Shown here: piece after piece, positions 63,538 to 64,000 of the stretch
Layout of the letters: every line of letters begins with the position of its first letter
Numbering within the stretch: the first letter of the stretch is position 1
NCBI RefSeq assembly: GCF_027921745.1
Contig: NC_079240.1
Location: 496,001 to 560,000, forward strand
Source of the DNA: Schizosaccharomyces osmophilus
Taxonomy: Eukaryota
Direction of reading: 5' to 3'
Length of the DNA: 64,000 bases
The notes under the pieces: generated by a model
What the model was told of the DNA's origin: nothing
Databases searched by the model: none
What the model saw: the letters and a program-made list of their open reading frames with translations, nothing else
Translations under genes and position numbers: made by a program

Positions 63538-64000
63538 GGATGGGAAACAGAGATGCAACGGTACGGTGCAAGGCAGGATAGTGCATTGGGTTAGCGTGCA
63601 GTAAGTATAGATACCGAACTGCAAGGATGTGAAACGAACTAAGGAAATGAGAAGAATGGGTGGTAAAAGATATAGATGAAATGAAAAGGAAAAAGTAAGA
63701 AGCAGTAATAAGAATATTATTGAAAAAAAAATAAATCATGAATGCGAAATCTTTCGAAATTGAAAGGAAAGGATAGGACCACTGAGAACAGGCGATGGAA
63801 AGTCTTTATAGAGGTTTCCAACAAATGTTGCTGTACCTACAAGACGAAGGAGACCGGATGGGGCATATGAAAAGGCTGAAGATTACAGAAAAGACAACAA
63901 GGGAGTCTGTAGGAAGAAATGGAGGAACAATGAGGATCCTTAGGATTGGTGCTGATATTTGTTATCTGAAATGAGAAGGTTAATAGAGCAAAAGGACAAT

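Overview
Gene-dense, intron-rich fungal chromosomal DNA from a fission yeast (genus Schizosaccharomyces). Proteins are close to, but not identical with, the S. pombe sequences as I recall them, so this is probably a sister species such as S. octosporus, S. cryophilus or S. osmophilus (inference). Gene order follows the S. pombe chromosome III SPCC962-SPCC1672-SPCC1183 block as I recall it: bir1, cut15, rps12, ast1, bpb1, histidinol-phosphatase, sap1, gud1, cox19, yrs1, asp1, utp21, tRNA-Arg(UCU), tfa2, lipase, mis16, P5B-ATPase, get4, sec15, GST/eEF1Bg-like, fxn1, pet127, lig4, ung1, spo13, rrp5, rpl1. Two elements stand out. (1) An intronless bacterial-type ElaA-family GNAT acetyltransferase lies between cut15 and rps12, head-to-head with the rps12 promoter; it is a candidate horizontal transfer. 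(2) A ~190-nt non-coding unit upstream of mis16 has its own Homol E + Homol D + TATA promoter, an H/ACA-like fold ending in ACA-UUU, and several complementarities to the peptidyl-transferase region of 25S rRNA. Smaller observations: a stop-free in-frame intron in the branchpoint-binding protein gene, an 18-intron lig4 with an 11-nt microexon, a possible mitochondrial N-terminal extension of Ung1, a 66-codon uORF before asp1, and an intron built from a duplicated branch site. Exon boundaries were read by eye and orthology is from memory; no searches were run.
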